The translations under genes and the position numbers were made by a program. A stretch of DNA of 64,000 nt from Octopus sinensis (taxonomy: Eukaryota). The notes under the pieces are model-generated. The model saw only the letters and a program-made list of their open reading frames with translations, was not told the origin of the DNA and did no database searches. Positions 1-12,304 of this stretch are shown in pieces. Numbering within the stretch: position 1 is the stretch's first letter; the number at the start of each line of letters is the position of its first letter. Location: assembly GCF_006345805.1 (NCBI RefSeq), contig NW_021832268.1:1-64000 (forward strand). The letters are read 5' to 3'.

Positions 1-48
1 ATACATACATGCATATATATATATACATAATGCATACAAGTTTGTGTG

Positions 49-79
<31 letters not shown>

Positions 80-165
80 ATATGTATATATGTATATATA
101 TATTAATGCATATATATATAGATAGATAGATAAATAAATAGATAGATACATGTATTTATGTCTAC
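1..165. repeat. (TA)n/(CATA)n/(GATA)n compound microsatellite
   Basis: Direct reading. Confidence 0.9.
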
Positions 166-508
166 ATATATATATTATGATTATGCAGGTGCGTATATGA
201 GTACATATTGATAGATTGATAAATAGACATATAGAAAAATGAATATAAGAAAAGGTAACTGAACTCAGGGGAGTCAACTGCAATCAACAATTTCAACCAT
301 AGGCACCTGAGTCCAGACGTGTGTTTATGGGAAGTGGGCCGTTCACATTTCAATAAATAAGGTATAAAATAAAGAAGTAAGCCTCGTCTTAACAGCAAAA
401 CACTATTAATGGTCTAAAACACACACGAGCACAAATTAGAATATATATAATATAATTAAGTATAACGAAGACAATCTTGAATTTGATGAGAGAATAAATG
501 TTTTTATA

Positions 509-781
509 GGCGCCGGCGTGGCTGTGTGGTAAGAAGCTTGCTTCTCATCCAAATGTTTTCCAGTTTCGGTTCCAGTGTGTGGCACTTTGGGCAAGTGTTA
601 ATTACTACAGCTTCGAGCTGGCCAAAAGTCTTGTGAGTGGATTTAGAAGACCGAAACTGAAGAAGCAGACTTTACACACACACATAATATATATAATATA
701 TAATATATAATATATATAATATATATATATATAATATATGTATATATTGTATTATATATATATATATATATTAATGTCATG

Positions 782-821
<40 letters not shown>

Positions 822-838
822 TGTATGTATGTATAATA

Positions 839-873
<35 letters not shown>

Positions 874-1078
874 ATATCATATGTGTGTGCATGTGTGTGT
901 GTCTGTGTTTTGACCCACCACCGCTTGACAGTCGGTGCCGGTTTGTTTACGTCCCCGTAACTTACGTATTTTGGCTAAAAAAATTATAGAAGTACCAGGC
1001 ATTTTGCCATTCGAAAAATATCTCTAGGACGATGCCCCAGTATGCCGCGCATTTTAATGACAGGAACAAAGTAAAACA
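509..1078 (+). mobile_element. CORE-type tRNA-derived SINE (octopus OR2-like), diverged, with expanded internal (TA)n
   Basis: Head ggcgccggcgtggctgtgtggtaag, MIR/CORE-like cactttgggcaagtg, 3' part matches the other copies in the window. Confidence 0.75.
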
Positions 1079-1575
1079 TTCATTTTAAAAAAAGGTCTAA
1101 AAATTAAGTTCAAATGAAATCGTAAAGTAGGAGTCTTTGTAAGATGCCGGAATTTTAGCGAATAATTGTGGTAATGTCTGCAGTAGACGAAATGCTCTGA
1201 TCATTTGACCAAATAACTGTTAGAAGAATTTGTCGTGGGTGAGGTATACAAACGAATTGAGAAATACTGAAAAAGAGTCTTTGCTGGGTAAATACATATC
1301 AAAACAAGAGATTGGTAAAATTAGTTTTGATAGTATTTATTTACTATTACACGTGTTTCATTTGTTAATAGGAGTTACAAAATAGTTTTCAAGCAGAAGA
1401 TCAAATACTGCATCTTTTGATTTTCTGTCTGAAAATTTTTTTAATAAGAGATGTCTCACATGTTTTTCCTACATGTACGATTTAGTAACACGTATAATGG
1501 TGAATAAATTATACCAATATATTTTTCCAAACTCCTGTTTTCATGTCTTTCTCTTTCTCCCCCCCATCCCTCTCA

Positions 1576-1623
<48 letters not shown>

Positions 1624-1766
1624 TATACATATATATATGAATATAGATACATATATATATATCTGTATATATATGTATGTATATATATATATATAATATA
1701 TATATGTATGTATATATATATGTATATATGTATATATGTATGTATTTATATATGTGTGTGTATGTA

Positions 1767-1804
<38 letters not shown>

Positions 1805-1864
1805 CTGTAATGCATGTATAATATATATGTATGTATACATATATATAATATGTATATATATATG

Positions 1865-1909
<45 letters not shown>

Positions 1910-1921
1910 CATATACATATA

Positions 1922-1954
<33 letters not shown>

Positions 1955-1961
1955 CATACAC

Positions 1962-2000
<39 letters not shown>
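1576..2000. repeat. ~425-bp (TA)n/(TATG)n microsatellite
   Basis: Direct reading; source of the YIYI ORFs. Confidence 0.95.
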
Positions 2001-2001
<1 letters not shown>

Positions 2002-2494
2002 GCCTGCTCGCTTAGCCAGCGGGGTGGCGTCATTTGAAGGCTAAAACAATGCTAAGCGCATTGTGAACAGCGATGTGTAGCAACATCTGATAGCCTGGTC
2101 GGTGACGGTGATATATATATATATATATAATATATATATATGCATATATTTGAATAATGAGCGAGACGGAAGGTGGAAGATACGAAAATGTTTACAAATT
2201 CCTGCAATTGTTTCGGCCCATATGTGTGTGTGTACACTATACGTACACACACATTTGCACTAACATATTTACACACACATATATAGAAGAAATAGTGAGG
2301 GATTATCTATCCGGTCAAAATACTTCATAAGCTCTCTGTTGGCACACCAGACTAACAATATTATTCAGATTAGTGAAGAAGTAATCTTTTGGTAGGGTGC
2401 CGAGTTATAGTCCATCACAATTCTATATTGTAAATCTGTGGATGGGCTTCAGGTAAACTGATTTTTACGAAGTGATTTATAAGAGAGTGATTTA

Positions 2495-2699
2495 TCATTC
2501 CTTTATTATAGCAAATGTGGCTTACAGCTGTTTCCAGTAGTCATTATAGATCATTATTGATCAATTGAGGTAAACTGAAAGGCCTAAGTAAATTAATGCT
2601 ACCTTCATCAGAGCCATTGCTGGAAATAACAGAACACTTGAAGAATGGTTATTGTATGGGAAACAGCCGCAAGCCATATTTGCTATAATAAAGGAATTA
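2495..2699. mobile_element. MITE-like element with 39-bp terminal inverted repeats
   Basis: 2497-2535 attcctttattatagcaaatgtggcttacagctgtttcc vs 2659-2697 (3 mismatches); plausible TA TSD. Confidence 0.55.
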
Positions 2700-2991
2700 T
2701 ATGTCATGATCATTATTTTAACTTGTCTAATATATATTATGTGTGTGTGTATACATACATACATACATACATCCATCCATACATACATACATACATACAT
2801 ACATACATACATACATACATACATGCATACAGATATGGATATGTCCGCTACAACACCTCCCCCTTTGAGATATTTTTCATTCTTACAACATTATTGTTTT
2901 CTTCAGAATGCCGCAGGTAGTACCAGTCTACATTGTTTACCTGTAGCGCTACTAACACACAACGACCTGACTAAAATCCTTCACACAGACT

Positions 2992-3045
2992 ATAATAATA
3001 ATAATTATTATTATTATTAAATAATAATAATTATTATTATCATTA

Positions 3046-3100
<55 letters not shown>

Positions 3101-3103
3101 TTA
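2992..3103. repeat. (AAT)n/(ATT)n microsatellite
   Basis: Direct reading. Confidence 0.9.
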
Positions 3104-3499
3104 TTTATATTATTTTCTTCCACACAGAATTATTTTTCTCTTCAGATATATATTTATATAAAAAGGATAAGACCATTATTTAACATTAAGTGGCCAGTAT
3201 GGAAAAAAAAACATACAGATAATAATCATTATAGGTATATGATAATATAAATATGATTATTTTTTAGGGTACCGAAAAGGTACCACCATGGGGCTAACCA
3301 ATAACCATTAACCGTTAATTGTTTTGCTCATTTCTTTGTTCATTTATCTTTTACTTGTGCTATATGAATACATGATGTGGTTTTAAAGTCACTTTTGACT
3401 GCTATTTCTGTCATGGTGGTGCCTCTTCGGTGCCCTCAATTATAAACACACACACACACACACACACACACAATCTGAATATTCAGAAAAATTGCAATA

Positions 3500-3630
3500 C
3501 GTGCGTGTAATAAGGGATGACCACTAAGTGGACATCCAATATGCTAGAAGATCATCTACGATCTAACTACAAAGAAAAGAATCTGTGTGTATATATGAGT
3601 ACTTAGTGGTCAGCCCCTTATTATACGCAT

Positions 3631-3631
<1 letters not shown>
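3500..3631. repeat. ~30-bp inverted repeat with 70-bp spacer (MITE-like)
   Basis: 3500-3529 cgtgcgtgtaataagggatgaccactaagt vs 3601-3631 acttagtggtcagccccttattatacgcatg. Confidence 0.5.
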
Positions 3632-3660
<29 letters not shown>

Positions 3661-3668
<8 letters not shown>

Positions 3669-4287
3669 GGCATTATACATACATGCCAGAGGGCATTATA
3701 CATACATGCCACACGCTAAGAGGGACAATTAGTCATTTCTACCAAAAAAAATTAGGTTTTCACGCTATCTACCTGACAATTTCTTGTTAAGTTTTCCTTG
3801 TTAAGTATTGTCCTAATTGCTAAATTTTTATTCCGAAAAAACTTTTCCTTTCCCGAATGCAATTCGTAAAAGTATGCCATTTACCGGATGTATATATGTA
3901 AACTCACCCATGTGCTTCGTTGATGTTGATCAGTTAGCTGATCGGCTAAGCGGGCAGGGTCGTTTATTTATGATACATTCAGGCCTGCTGATGAATACGT
4001 AAGTATGAAATCACTGTGATACAGGTCTATATTTTTTAAATGTCTTACTTTGAAAAATTGCATTCGGTGGGATTAGTAATTTTTTTGGTAGAAATGACTA
4101 ATTGTCCCTCTTAGCGTGTGGCATGTATGTATAATGCCCTCTGGCATGTATGTATAATGCCCTCTATATATAAATAATATGTTCATAAGAAATAATTATT
4201 TTCGAAATTTTTTCTTATGAGGTTTTCACGCTATCTACTGACAATTTCTGTTAAGTTTTCCTTATTAAGTAGTTGTCCTTAATTGCT

Positions 4288-4288
<1 letters not shown>
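3661..4288 (+). mobile_element. Non-coding PLE-type/retrozyme-like element, family A (~466-bp unit, partial tandem copy plus 5' inversion)
   Basis: 3754-3822 repeats 4220-4288; 3661-3754 is the reverse complement of 4077-4169; contains an HHR; flanked by (TA)n; second copy at 40323-40717. Confidence 0.7.
3981..4028 (+). ncRNA. Minimal type-I hammerhead ribozyme (intact core)
   Basis: Stem I AGGCCTG/CAGGTCT; CTGATGA; stem II ATAC-GTAA-GTAT; GAAA; quasi-palindromic stem III ATCAC-T-GTGAT; cleavage predicted after A4021. Confidence 0.8.
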
Positions 4289-4340
<52 letters not shown>

Positions 4341-4371
4341 TGTGTATGTATGTATGTATGTATATATAATA

Positions 4372-5248
4372 TATATAGGTAAACAGTAAAAATAATTACA
4401 GACATGGACAAGAACATGAAACACCACAGAGACGACACAAGAACCACAGGACGGGACATTCGAAGCCCTCAGTCATCAGTCAAGAACCAGATCATCTTAG
4501 CAATTTCGGCTGATTAATCTTGAGATTGCTCCGATATGGGCAGCCCGCCAAGGGAAATCTAAGCCAAGCGCATTAGATCCCCTGGAAGAAGCTTCGAATG
4601 TATACAACACGAGACGGAAAACGAACGAAGTACACGAACAAAAATACAGAATACGTGACACAATAAGAATACAAAAACGTAAAACAATAACAGTAAAAAT
4701 AAAAAACAAAACGAAACCAGGACGTAGGACAAGGGTCTTTCGACAGGACAAGTTGAGTATGGGCTGGCTTGTGAAGTTGTGCCTAATGGCCGCAGGGAGA
4801 CGAACAAATACGTGTTGCTTCGGCGGCTGCTGGAACGAAAAGAGCGCTCAACAGCGGCTAGCGGTCACGTGAGAACAAAAGACAGGAGAAAGGGACAGAT
4901 GAAAAGAGAGAGAAGGTGGACGAGGGAGGAGAAGAAAGAGACAGATCGAGAGGGGCTGGAGGTGAGAGAGATAGAGAAACGTAGAAGGGGGGAAGACGGA
5001 TGGGGGGGGGGGAAGAAAGGAAGGGGGAATAAGGGAGGAGAGAGAGAGAGAGAAGAGACAGATCAAGAGTCGTATCAATGCTAGAGAAAAAATATACTTA
5101 TCGTATAAGGACAATTGTGGATACGTAGCCGCCGATTATATAGGTAAACAGTAAAAATAATTACAGACATGGACAAGAACATGAAACACCACAGAGACGA
5201 CACAAGAACCACAGGACGGGACATTCGAAGCCCTCAGTCATCAGTCAA
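4372..5248 (-). mobile_element. Non-autonomous element with perfect 112-bp terminal direct repeats (pLTR-like), family G
   Basis: 4372-4483 identical to 5137-5248; interior related to 15662-16012, 29335-29640 and 30060-30543; abuts (TA)n. Confidence 0.65.
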
Positions 5249-5499
5249 ATGTTGCCCCAAGTTCGTATGAGCTGTAGATTTTCTGGGCTCCATTTTTACA
5301 AAAGTTTATACACGTGAGTGTGTGTGTGTGATTGTATATGGTTATATGTGTTTACGGGTGTGTTGGTGTATGAATATGCGTGTGTATATTTCTGTATGGG
5401 TGCTTAGGTGTTTGGGTATGTGTCTGTATAAATGTGTTTGGTGTGTTATATATATATATATGTGTGTATATATACACTTCGTTTTGGGATCTGGTTTCC

Positions 5500-6638
5500 A
5501 AGATTCTTTATGTGAGTTCGTGTGTTGAAGCATATTTTATTGTGTCAGGGGAGAGTCATTCTCTCTTTAATGCCTTATAATATATGGAATTCTCAAAGGG
5601 GTACGTCTTACATAGTTGTGATCTGATGGAGTTCCCTGGCTTTTCAACGATCTTAATGTTGAGTTTGGTCTCCTTCAGAGCTTTCCTAAATCTACGGGCT
5701 AGTTCTCTATGGGCTGTGGACTCTACAAACATCACTCCTTGATATTTGTCGGTCTTTTACCACGCGCTCATCCTATTTGCTTTGTCACAAGCTCTTTGAT
5801 TCTATTCCAGTCTTTATTTCTATGTCTAGGGTAGGTACCACTGATTTCATTACATATTATGTTATCTAACTTCTTTCTAGCAACCCTGTATACTCAAACC
5901 CCATCTTTCTGATCATATCCAGAGAATTGCAAGCGGTGCATAAAGTTCTGTACATGTTTCTTCGTTTCATAGGGTTTGCATGGTGGGGACACATTCTTCA
6001 TTATCCTAAGACTGCTATCAGTATGTTAATTTTCATGTTGTGTGACAAAACTGAGTTCTTGTGAACAACATATTTCGAAGCTATGGGTTTCATGTAATAG
6101 GAGTGGAGGAGCTGCATTCTGTTGTTCACAGTCTCTCACCAAAGTTCGGTATCAAGGACGGGGAGTCTATTATTGGGGTGCCTAGTGGAGTAATCTATGG
6201 TTACCTTGATACTTTGGTGAATGGAGTTAGCTACTTGATAAATGCTCTCCATTATGTTCCTTTCAGCTTCTACATTACCGTTACTAGAGTTGGTCTTAAC
6301 TAGGATATTAATGTTGTCTACATACCTACTGTAAAGTAAAAGAGTTGTGGACTGTTCTGCTAAGATTTTGCTTAAGCTTTCTGTCCTACAAGGTTATAAA
6401 GAGGCCGACCACATCTCCAGCTATACCGACACCAATGGCTGCACCTTGAACCTGCATGTATAGTTTCTTGTTAAACTTTATTATGTGGTTTTTCAAGGTG
6501 GTTCTTGCGCTAGCCCCTATTGCAGTGCAATCATTCCTTTCACCTGATTGTTGTTTTCAGGGTCTTGGATGGGTACGGTCTAGCCACTCCAGCGCTCTGT
6601 GGTGCTTTTCTTCACTGCGATGGTAATGCAGTTATAGT
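5500..6638 (-). pseudogene. Decayed Penelope-like element reverse transcriptase and linker
   Basis: Minus-strand translation with stops and frameshifts: KNHIIKFNKKLYMQVQGAAIG, SRYVDNINIL, NRLPVLDTELW, HSYYMKP (PLE RT motif order). Confidence 0.85.
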
Positions 6639-6653
6639 ATAGGTAGTGGATGT

Positions 6654-7040
6654 GGAGGCGCAATGGCCCAGTGGTTAGGGCAGCGGACTCGCGGTCATAG
6701 GATCGCGGTTTCGATTCCCAGATCGGGCGTTGTGAGTGTTTATTGAGCGAAAACACCTAAAGCTCCACGAGGCTCCGGTAGGGGATGGTGGTGATCCCTG
6801 CTGTACTCTTTCACCACAACTTTCTCTCACTCTTACTTCCTGTTTCTGTTGTACCTGTATTTCAAAGGGCCGGCTTTGTCACTCTCTGTGTCACGCTGAA
6901 TATCCCCGAGAACTACGTTAAGGGTGCACGTGTCTGTGGAGTGCTCAGCCACTTACACGTTAATTTCACGAGCAGGCTGTTCCGTTGATTCGGATCAACC
7001 GGAACCCTCGTCGTCGTAACCGACGGAGTGCTTCCATTCC
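6654..7040 (+). mobile_element. Full-length tRNA-derived SINE (octopus OR1-like) with 15-bp TSD
   Basis: A-box tggcccagtggttagg, B-box ggtttcgattccc; TSD ataggtagtggatgt at 6639-6653 and 7041-7055. Confidence 0.9.
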
Positions 7041-7556
7041 ATAGGTAGTGGATGTAGTGGTGGTAGAAGTGACGGTTTAGGTGGTGGTTTCTGTGGTGTT
7101 GGTCATAGTTACGGAGAAGGGAGGTGCTGGTAATTGCAGAGAAATCAGTTGGTAACGATCGCGGCGGAGTTATTGTTGTTGTTAACGATATAGCAAGGGA
7201 GATAGAAGTGAGGATGGTAGAGACAGGCAGAGAAAAAGAGAGAGAGAGAGAGAGAAGGAGGGAGTTTGTATCAATTGGTAACGATTCTTTCGGTAAGGAA
7301 TTAGAAAAAAAGATGAAAATCCTCAATCATGGAAATAGAAGATATTTTGAATAAATTAGCCACAGATATAATTTCAACTCGATTTAAATAATTCGATAAA
7401 AATACAATGAAACCGCTTCACATAAATCAGAACGTAAATGTATAACCGAATGCAACGTGAAACTACAAAAGGTTTTGTATTTCAATCGTTTCTTAGCTAT
7501 AATTGCTGGGTTAGCATTAGTTGTAATACATACTGTATAAATGTCGTCATCGTGGC

Positions 7557-7918
7557 ACTTCGTCAGTTGCGACGACGAGGGTTCCAGTTGATCGGATCAA
7601 CGGAACAACCTGCTCGTGAAATTAACGTGCAAATGGCTGAGCTTTCCATAGACACGTGTACCCTAGACGTAGTTCTCGGGGAGATTCAGCGTGACACAGA
7701 GTGTGACAAGGCTGGCCTCTTTGAAATACACGTACAACAGAAACAGGAAGAAAAAGTGAAAGAGTACAGCAGAGTTCGCCACCACCCCTGTCGGATCTTC
7801 GTGGAACTTTAGGTGTTTTCGCTCAATAAACACTCACAACGCCCGTTCTGGGAATCGAAACCACGATTCTACAACCGCGAGTCCACTACCCTAACCACTG
7901 GGCCATTGTGCCTCCACA
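7557..7918 (-). mobile_element. OR1-like SINE, inverted relative to 6654-7040
   Basis: Reverse-complement similarity over its full length. Confidence 0.85.
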
Positions 7919-8964
7919 TGCGTGTGTAATATCTTACAAGCATCAATTATTTTGGTATCTTACCTTTTATCACTTACATTATTTTCCTTAAGTAGTAAAC
8001 ATTGCATTTTTCCGTGCATCGATTCCTCCTCATTGAGGCCAGATCAAACTTAATCATATCCAATTCTCCTGTAACCACATCATAAAGTTGACTATGCAGC
8101 TAGCGAAATGAAGCCACACCCCTATCTATCTTTCTAAGGTAATTTATGAGTAGAACATGTCATTGACTCTTTATCAATTCCACTTACCATTCTCACTTTT
8201 TGATTCTTAAAATGTGCGTCCGTCTCGTAGTCACCGTTTTTTTTATTTTTGCATTATTCATCACAGCGTATAATTTTCTACTGAACAGCCGTATGTTCCT
8301 GATGCAAAACGACATCTGATAGCTATGAAGCATTTGTAATGCTATGTAATAGACACCCGGTTCCTCTTTTGAAACAGCTGTAGTACTCGATTACAGACTT
8401 GATTATCGCATAATGAGTAACATTTGTTGCTTTCGAAGTGGAGTTGTATAGCACATGTTATCTTATCGGAATTTCCCCTATAAACTTGATATGAGAGAAA
8501 GTGTATTTAACGCATTGATTAATTTACTGACCAATTATCGAGTCATTTGTATCTTCTATACAAGACCTATTTATGCTAGAGTCTAACCAACTGCGTTCAC
8601 CACGATCACTTTACTGAGCCAACATAATTTCATAGAGAGAGAGAGAGACATACATATATATAGATCGATATATATATACATACACACACATACACACACA
8701 CACACACCTTATATCTTTCATTTGTTTCAGTCATTAGACTGCAGCCAAACTGAGGCATCGTCTTGAAGAATTTTAGACGAACGAATTGAGTCTAGTGCTT
8801 ATTAAATTGTTGTAAAACCAAGTGCATTTTCTATCGGTCCGTTTTGCTGAACCGCTTAGTTATGGACACGTAAATTCACAATATTAGTTGTCATGCGGTG
8901 ATGGGAGACAAATACAGACGCAAAGACGCACACGCATATAGATATGCATATGTTGCGCGCGCGC

Positions 8965-9001
<37 letters not shown>

Positions 9002-9018
9002 CATGCATATACACACAT

Positions 9019-9076
<58 letters not shown>

Positions 9077-9078
<2 letters not shown>

Positions 9079-9225
9079 CGAGCTTCTTTCAGTTTCCGTC
9101 TACTAAATCTACTCACAAGATCGACCAGATGTTATAGCAGAAGGCACTTACCTATGGTGCCTCGCTGTGGGACTGAACTCGGGACCATGTGGTTGGGTAG
9201 CAAACTTCTAACCACACAGCTGCGC
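9077..9225 (-). mobile_element. CORE-type SINE, 5' half
   Basis: Matches the head and core of the other copies. Confidence 0.75.
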
Positions 9226-9719
9226 ATACACACATACACACATGCATTTGTATAGCTAATGCTTATTTTACATACAAATATACACATGCACACACGCGCA
9301 CTCAGACACATATATGACCTATATTAACATGTGTGCATACATACATGCACGCACAGTCTTGTATATATGTGTGTAGTGAAAGGGATTCATGTGTGTGCGT
9401 GTATTTTCTCCAACTGTAGGGATATAAGATTCCTTTCATCGGTGGAGAGGTCGTGGCAATACCAGAAATCGTCACATCGGTGCTACAGTGCCCCTTCCGT
9501 TAGTTAAATATGAATTAACACAGCTATATCTTTGTCGTCGCCGTTTAGTGTACTTATAGTTATTTAATTCCAGCTTAACGAAGCTTTGCACACGCCAGCA
9601 AGTGTATTTGTTGTCATTTACATGTAGAAGCATAACCACATAGAAAAAACTTACAGTCCGATGACATAATTCTGAATTTTATTCGTTATGATTTTGCAGA
9701 CACATTCTATTAGGAGTAT

Positions 9720-9990
9720 ACCGTGAAATGGGGTTAGTTTGAACACAGGGATAACTTTGAACAAAATATAATACTTTGTTTCCTCTTTATATCACAGCTC
9801 AAGGTCGCTCAGTCATGCAATTTAAAAACAATTTTCCTTCAGCTGAATGGGCTAATTCATTTTTAAAGCGAAACAAGTACCAATTAGTATCACGCCTGTG
9901 CCAAAATATCAAAAGATTCAGAGCATGTTTAAGTTCTACAGAAGTATCCTCGTACTTCCAGAACTTAAAAGCGACTCTTACAGTTGATGG
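9720..9990 (+). mobile_element. pogo/Tigger-like transposon remnant (TIR plus CENP-B-type HTH fragment)
   Basis: ta-ccgtgaaatggggttagtttga TIR-like start; GRSVMQFKNNFPSAEWANSFLKRNKYQLVSRLCQNIKRFRA resembles the pogo HTH_Tnp_Tc5 region. Confidence 0.7.
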
Positions 9991-10539
9991 AAAACTTTTA
10001 TTTTGGTACTTATGGGAGCAACTGCCTTTGAAGACTCATATTGTCGTTCAATGCTCGAAGAAATGAGGAGTAGATAGACAGCCAACAACTGACGAAGGGT
10101 CATTCTTTGTGTTACTTGTCCTGTTTTCTATTTGTTTCTCTCATTGTTTGCGTATTGAACTCATTTGCTTTCGTATTTCATGTTTACTTCAGTCGTGCGT
10201 AATTAAGCCAGCAGCACCTAGTCGAACAAACACTTCCGCGCATGCGTAATACTGGTGATGTTCTTAACTGTTATATGGGAATGTAAATATGTTTGCAAAT
10301 TATTTTTGTTACATGTTATTCTGTGTTCTGAATACTTTTATTTTAATAAATGTTGCTTACTGCAAGTTATGGATGATTCCTTTATGACTGCATATGCTTT
10401 CAGGCTTAGCTTAAGGTATTTTCGCGCCCGACATCACAAAATGTGTCTGAATAAACATTGCCGGACAGCAAATAGACTCGGACATTGCTCAGAAAATAGT
10501 TATCATTTTTAACTTCGTATATAGTACGCACTAGGGATT

Positions 10540-10591
10540 TTGACCTTTAACTTTTGGGGAAAAAATGTGGATCATACTCGAAGATTTACGG
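10540..10591. mobile_element. Isolated Tigger-like right TIR
   Basis: aaaaatgtggatcatactcgaagatttacgg-ta; partner TIR not found. Confidence 0.35.
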
Positions 10592-11167
10592 TATAAGCAA
10601 TTACATCCTCGAAATTTCCAATCTAAAAGATAATGCATGATCAATTCAAAACAATTGGAATAAAAAAGCATTACATTTGACAGAATAATCTGAATGCTAG
10701 AGGGCTTTAAAGTGTCTTTTCCTTTTCCTCTTTTAAGACGCTTCAGGAGGGCTTCAAGTCAAATTAAGCTGCTATTTCTAGCAGCCCGAACGGTGACCAC
10801 GTAAAGGTTGGCTCACTCTAGAGAAAAGTCCCTTCAGCAAATCGATGGAATGAAATGCTGTTCCAGTATCGAGTTTCGATAGTAGAGCTCTACCTGCCAC
10901 TAACACCCTGGTCTCTTCTAAGATAGGATGAGGTTGTATATTTTATATTCGACCATTTCATTAAGATTCTCACAAAAACATTTCTCTTTATTGATTTTCT
11001 TCCTCTTCGTCTCCCTCTCTTCATTTGCTTTCGTTTAAATCTACATTGTTTTATGATCCAACTTCCATACTAATGACCTTGTTAACCGACACATGTCGCT
11101 TCGTGATAAATAAAGACCGTTTCACCATTTCGGGAAACTTTATCTGCAGTAGTTTCTATGAAGGCGC

Positions 11168-11305
11168 AGAAGATATTCTTTTCTGCTCTAAGCCACAAGG
11201 CCCGAAATTTTGAGGGAAGGGTCCAGTCGATTAGATCGACCCCAGTATGCAACTGGTACTTAATTTATCGACCCCGAAAGGATGAAAGGCAAAGTCGACC
11301 TCGGT
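11168..11305 (-). mobile_element. Nin/Sauria-like-core SINE, 3' part
   Basis: Reverse complement of gaggtcgactttgcctttcatcctttcggggtcgataaattaagtaccag. Confidence 0.65.
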
Positions 11306-11430
11306 ACATCCTTTTTCCTCACATGAAATTATACTTATGTCACATAAATGTAAATTTAATGTTCAAATTTGTAATTAAATTATAGAGTATTAATTGAAAC
11401 GGCTGTAAGAATCGAAGATGATCAATTTGT

Positions 11431-11654
11431 TACTCTTTACTCTTTTACTCTTTTACTTGTTTCAGTCATTTGACTGCGGCCATGCTGGAGCACCGCCTTT
11501 AGTCGAGCAAATCGACCCCGGGACTTATTCTTTGTAAGCCCAGTACTTATTCTATCGGTCTCTTTTGCCGAACCGCTAAGTGACGGGGACGTAAACACGC
11601 CAGCATCGGTTGTCAAGCAATGCTAGGGGGACAAACACAGACACACAAACACAT

Positions 11655-11687
<33 letters not shown>

Positions 11688-11855
11688 CATATATACGACA
11701 GGCTTCTTTCAGTTTCCGTCTACCAAATCCACTCACAAGGCTTTTGGTCGGCCCGGGGCTATAGCAGAAGACACTTGCCCAAGATGCCACGCAGTGGGAC
11801 TGAACCCGGAACCATGTGGTTGGTTAGGAAGCTACTCACCACACAGCCACTCCTG
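11431..11855 (-). mobile_element. Full-length CORE-type SINE
   Basis: Complete head, core, internal (TA)/(GT) tract and (AAAAGAGT)n tail. Confidence 0.9.
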
Positions 11856-12198
11856 TTAATAATAAACAATTTTTAACTTCCTTGTCTCCATTTTCTTTTC
11901 TTCTTTATAATGGATATAAACTATATGCTTTATATATACCTATTGTTTTAAGGGAATTTTTATTACTCCAGAATACTGGGTATTGAACCAGTATTTCCCT
12001 GAATGCAGCCATCCCTACACGAGGTTATATATATATATCTTTAGTTTGTCCATGTCATCCTGTGATGCACCTGGACATATCATCAGTGACGTCTCGTGGA
12101 GTTTTCATCAATCAGACCCCGTTCACCCAGGCTATCCAGCTTGTGTCCAGTTACCCCTGCTTCTGGCAGCACTACTTTTTCCAACACTCGCACACACA

Positions 12199-12229
<31 letters not shown>

Positions 12230-12235
12230 TACACA

Positions 12236-12304
<69 letters not shown>

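Noticed and set aside
256-335. CTGA-ACTCAGG...CCTGAGT-CCAGACGT hammerhead-like layout
   Set aside because: Both core segments are broken and there is no stem I
2575-2615. Minus-strand CTGATGA-AGG...CCT inside the MITE
   Set aside because: Followed by TTCAG rather than GAAA
2905-2930. ttcttcag-AATGCCGCAG-gtagta micro-exon pattern
   Set aside because: Poor donor and no supporting context
6654-6730. tRNA genes at SINE heads (also 58200-58270 and 60620-60687)
   Set aside because: A and B boxes are present, but cloverleaf stems are broken and the heads mostly continue into SINE bodies
9650-9710. Minus-strand 52-nt candidate exon (CVCKIITNKIQNYVIG, GTAAGT donor)
   Set aside because: Weak acceptor abutting a transposon TIR, and no partner exons
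10025-10100. Possible permuted (type II) hammerhead around CTGACGA at 10089
   Set aside because: Stems I and II do not register with the core
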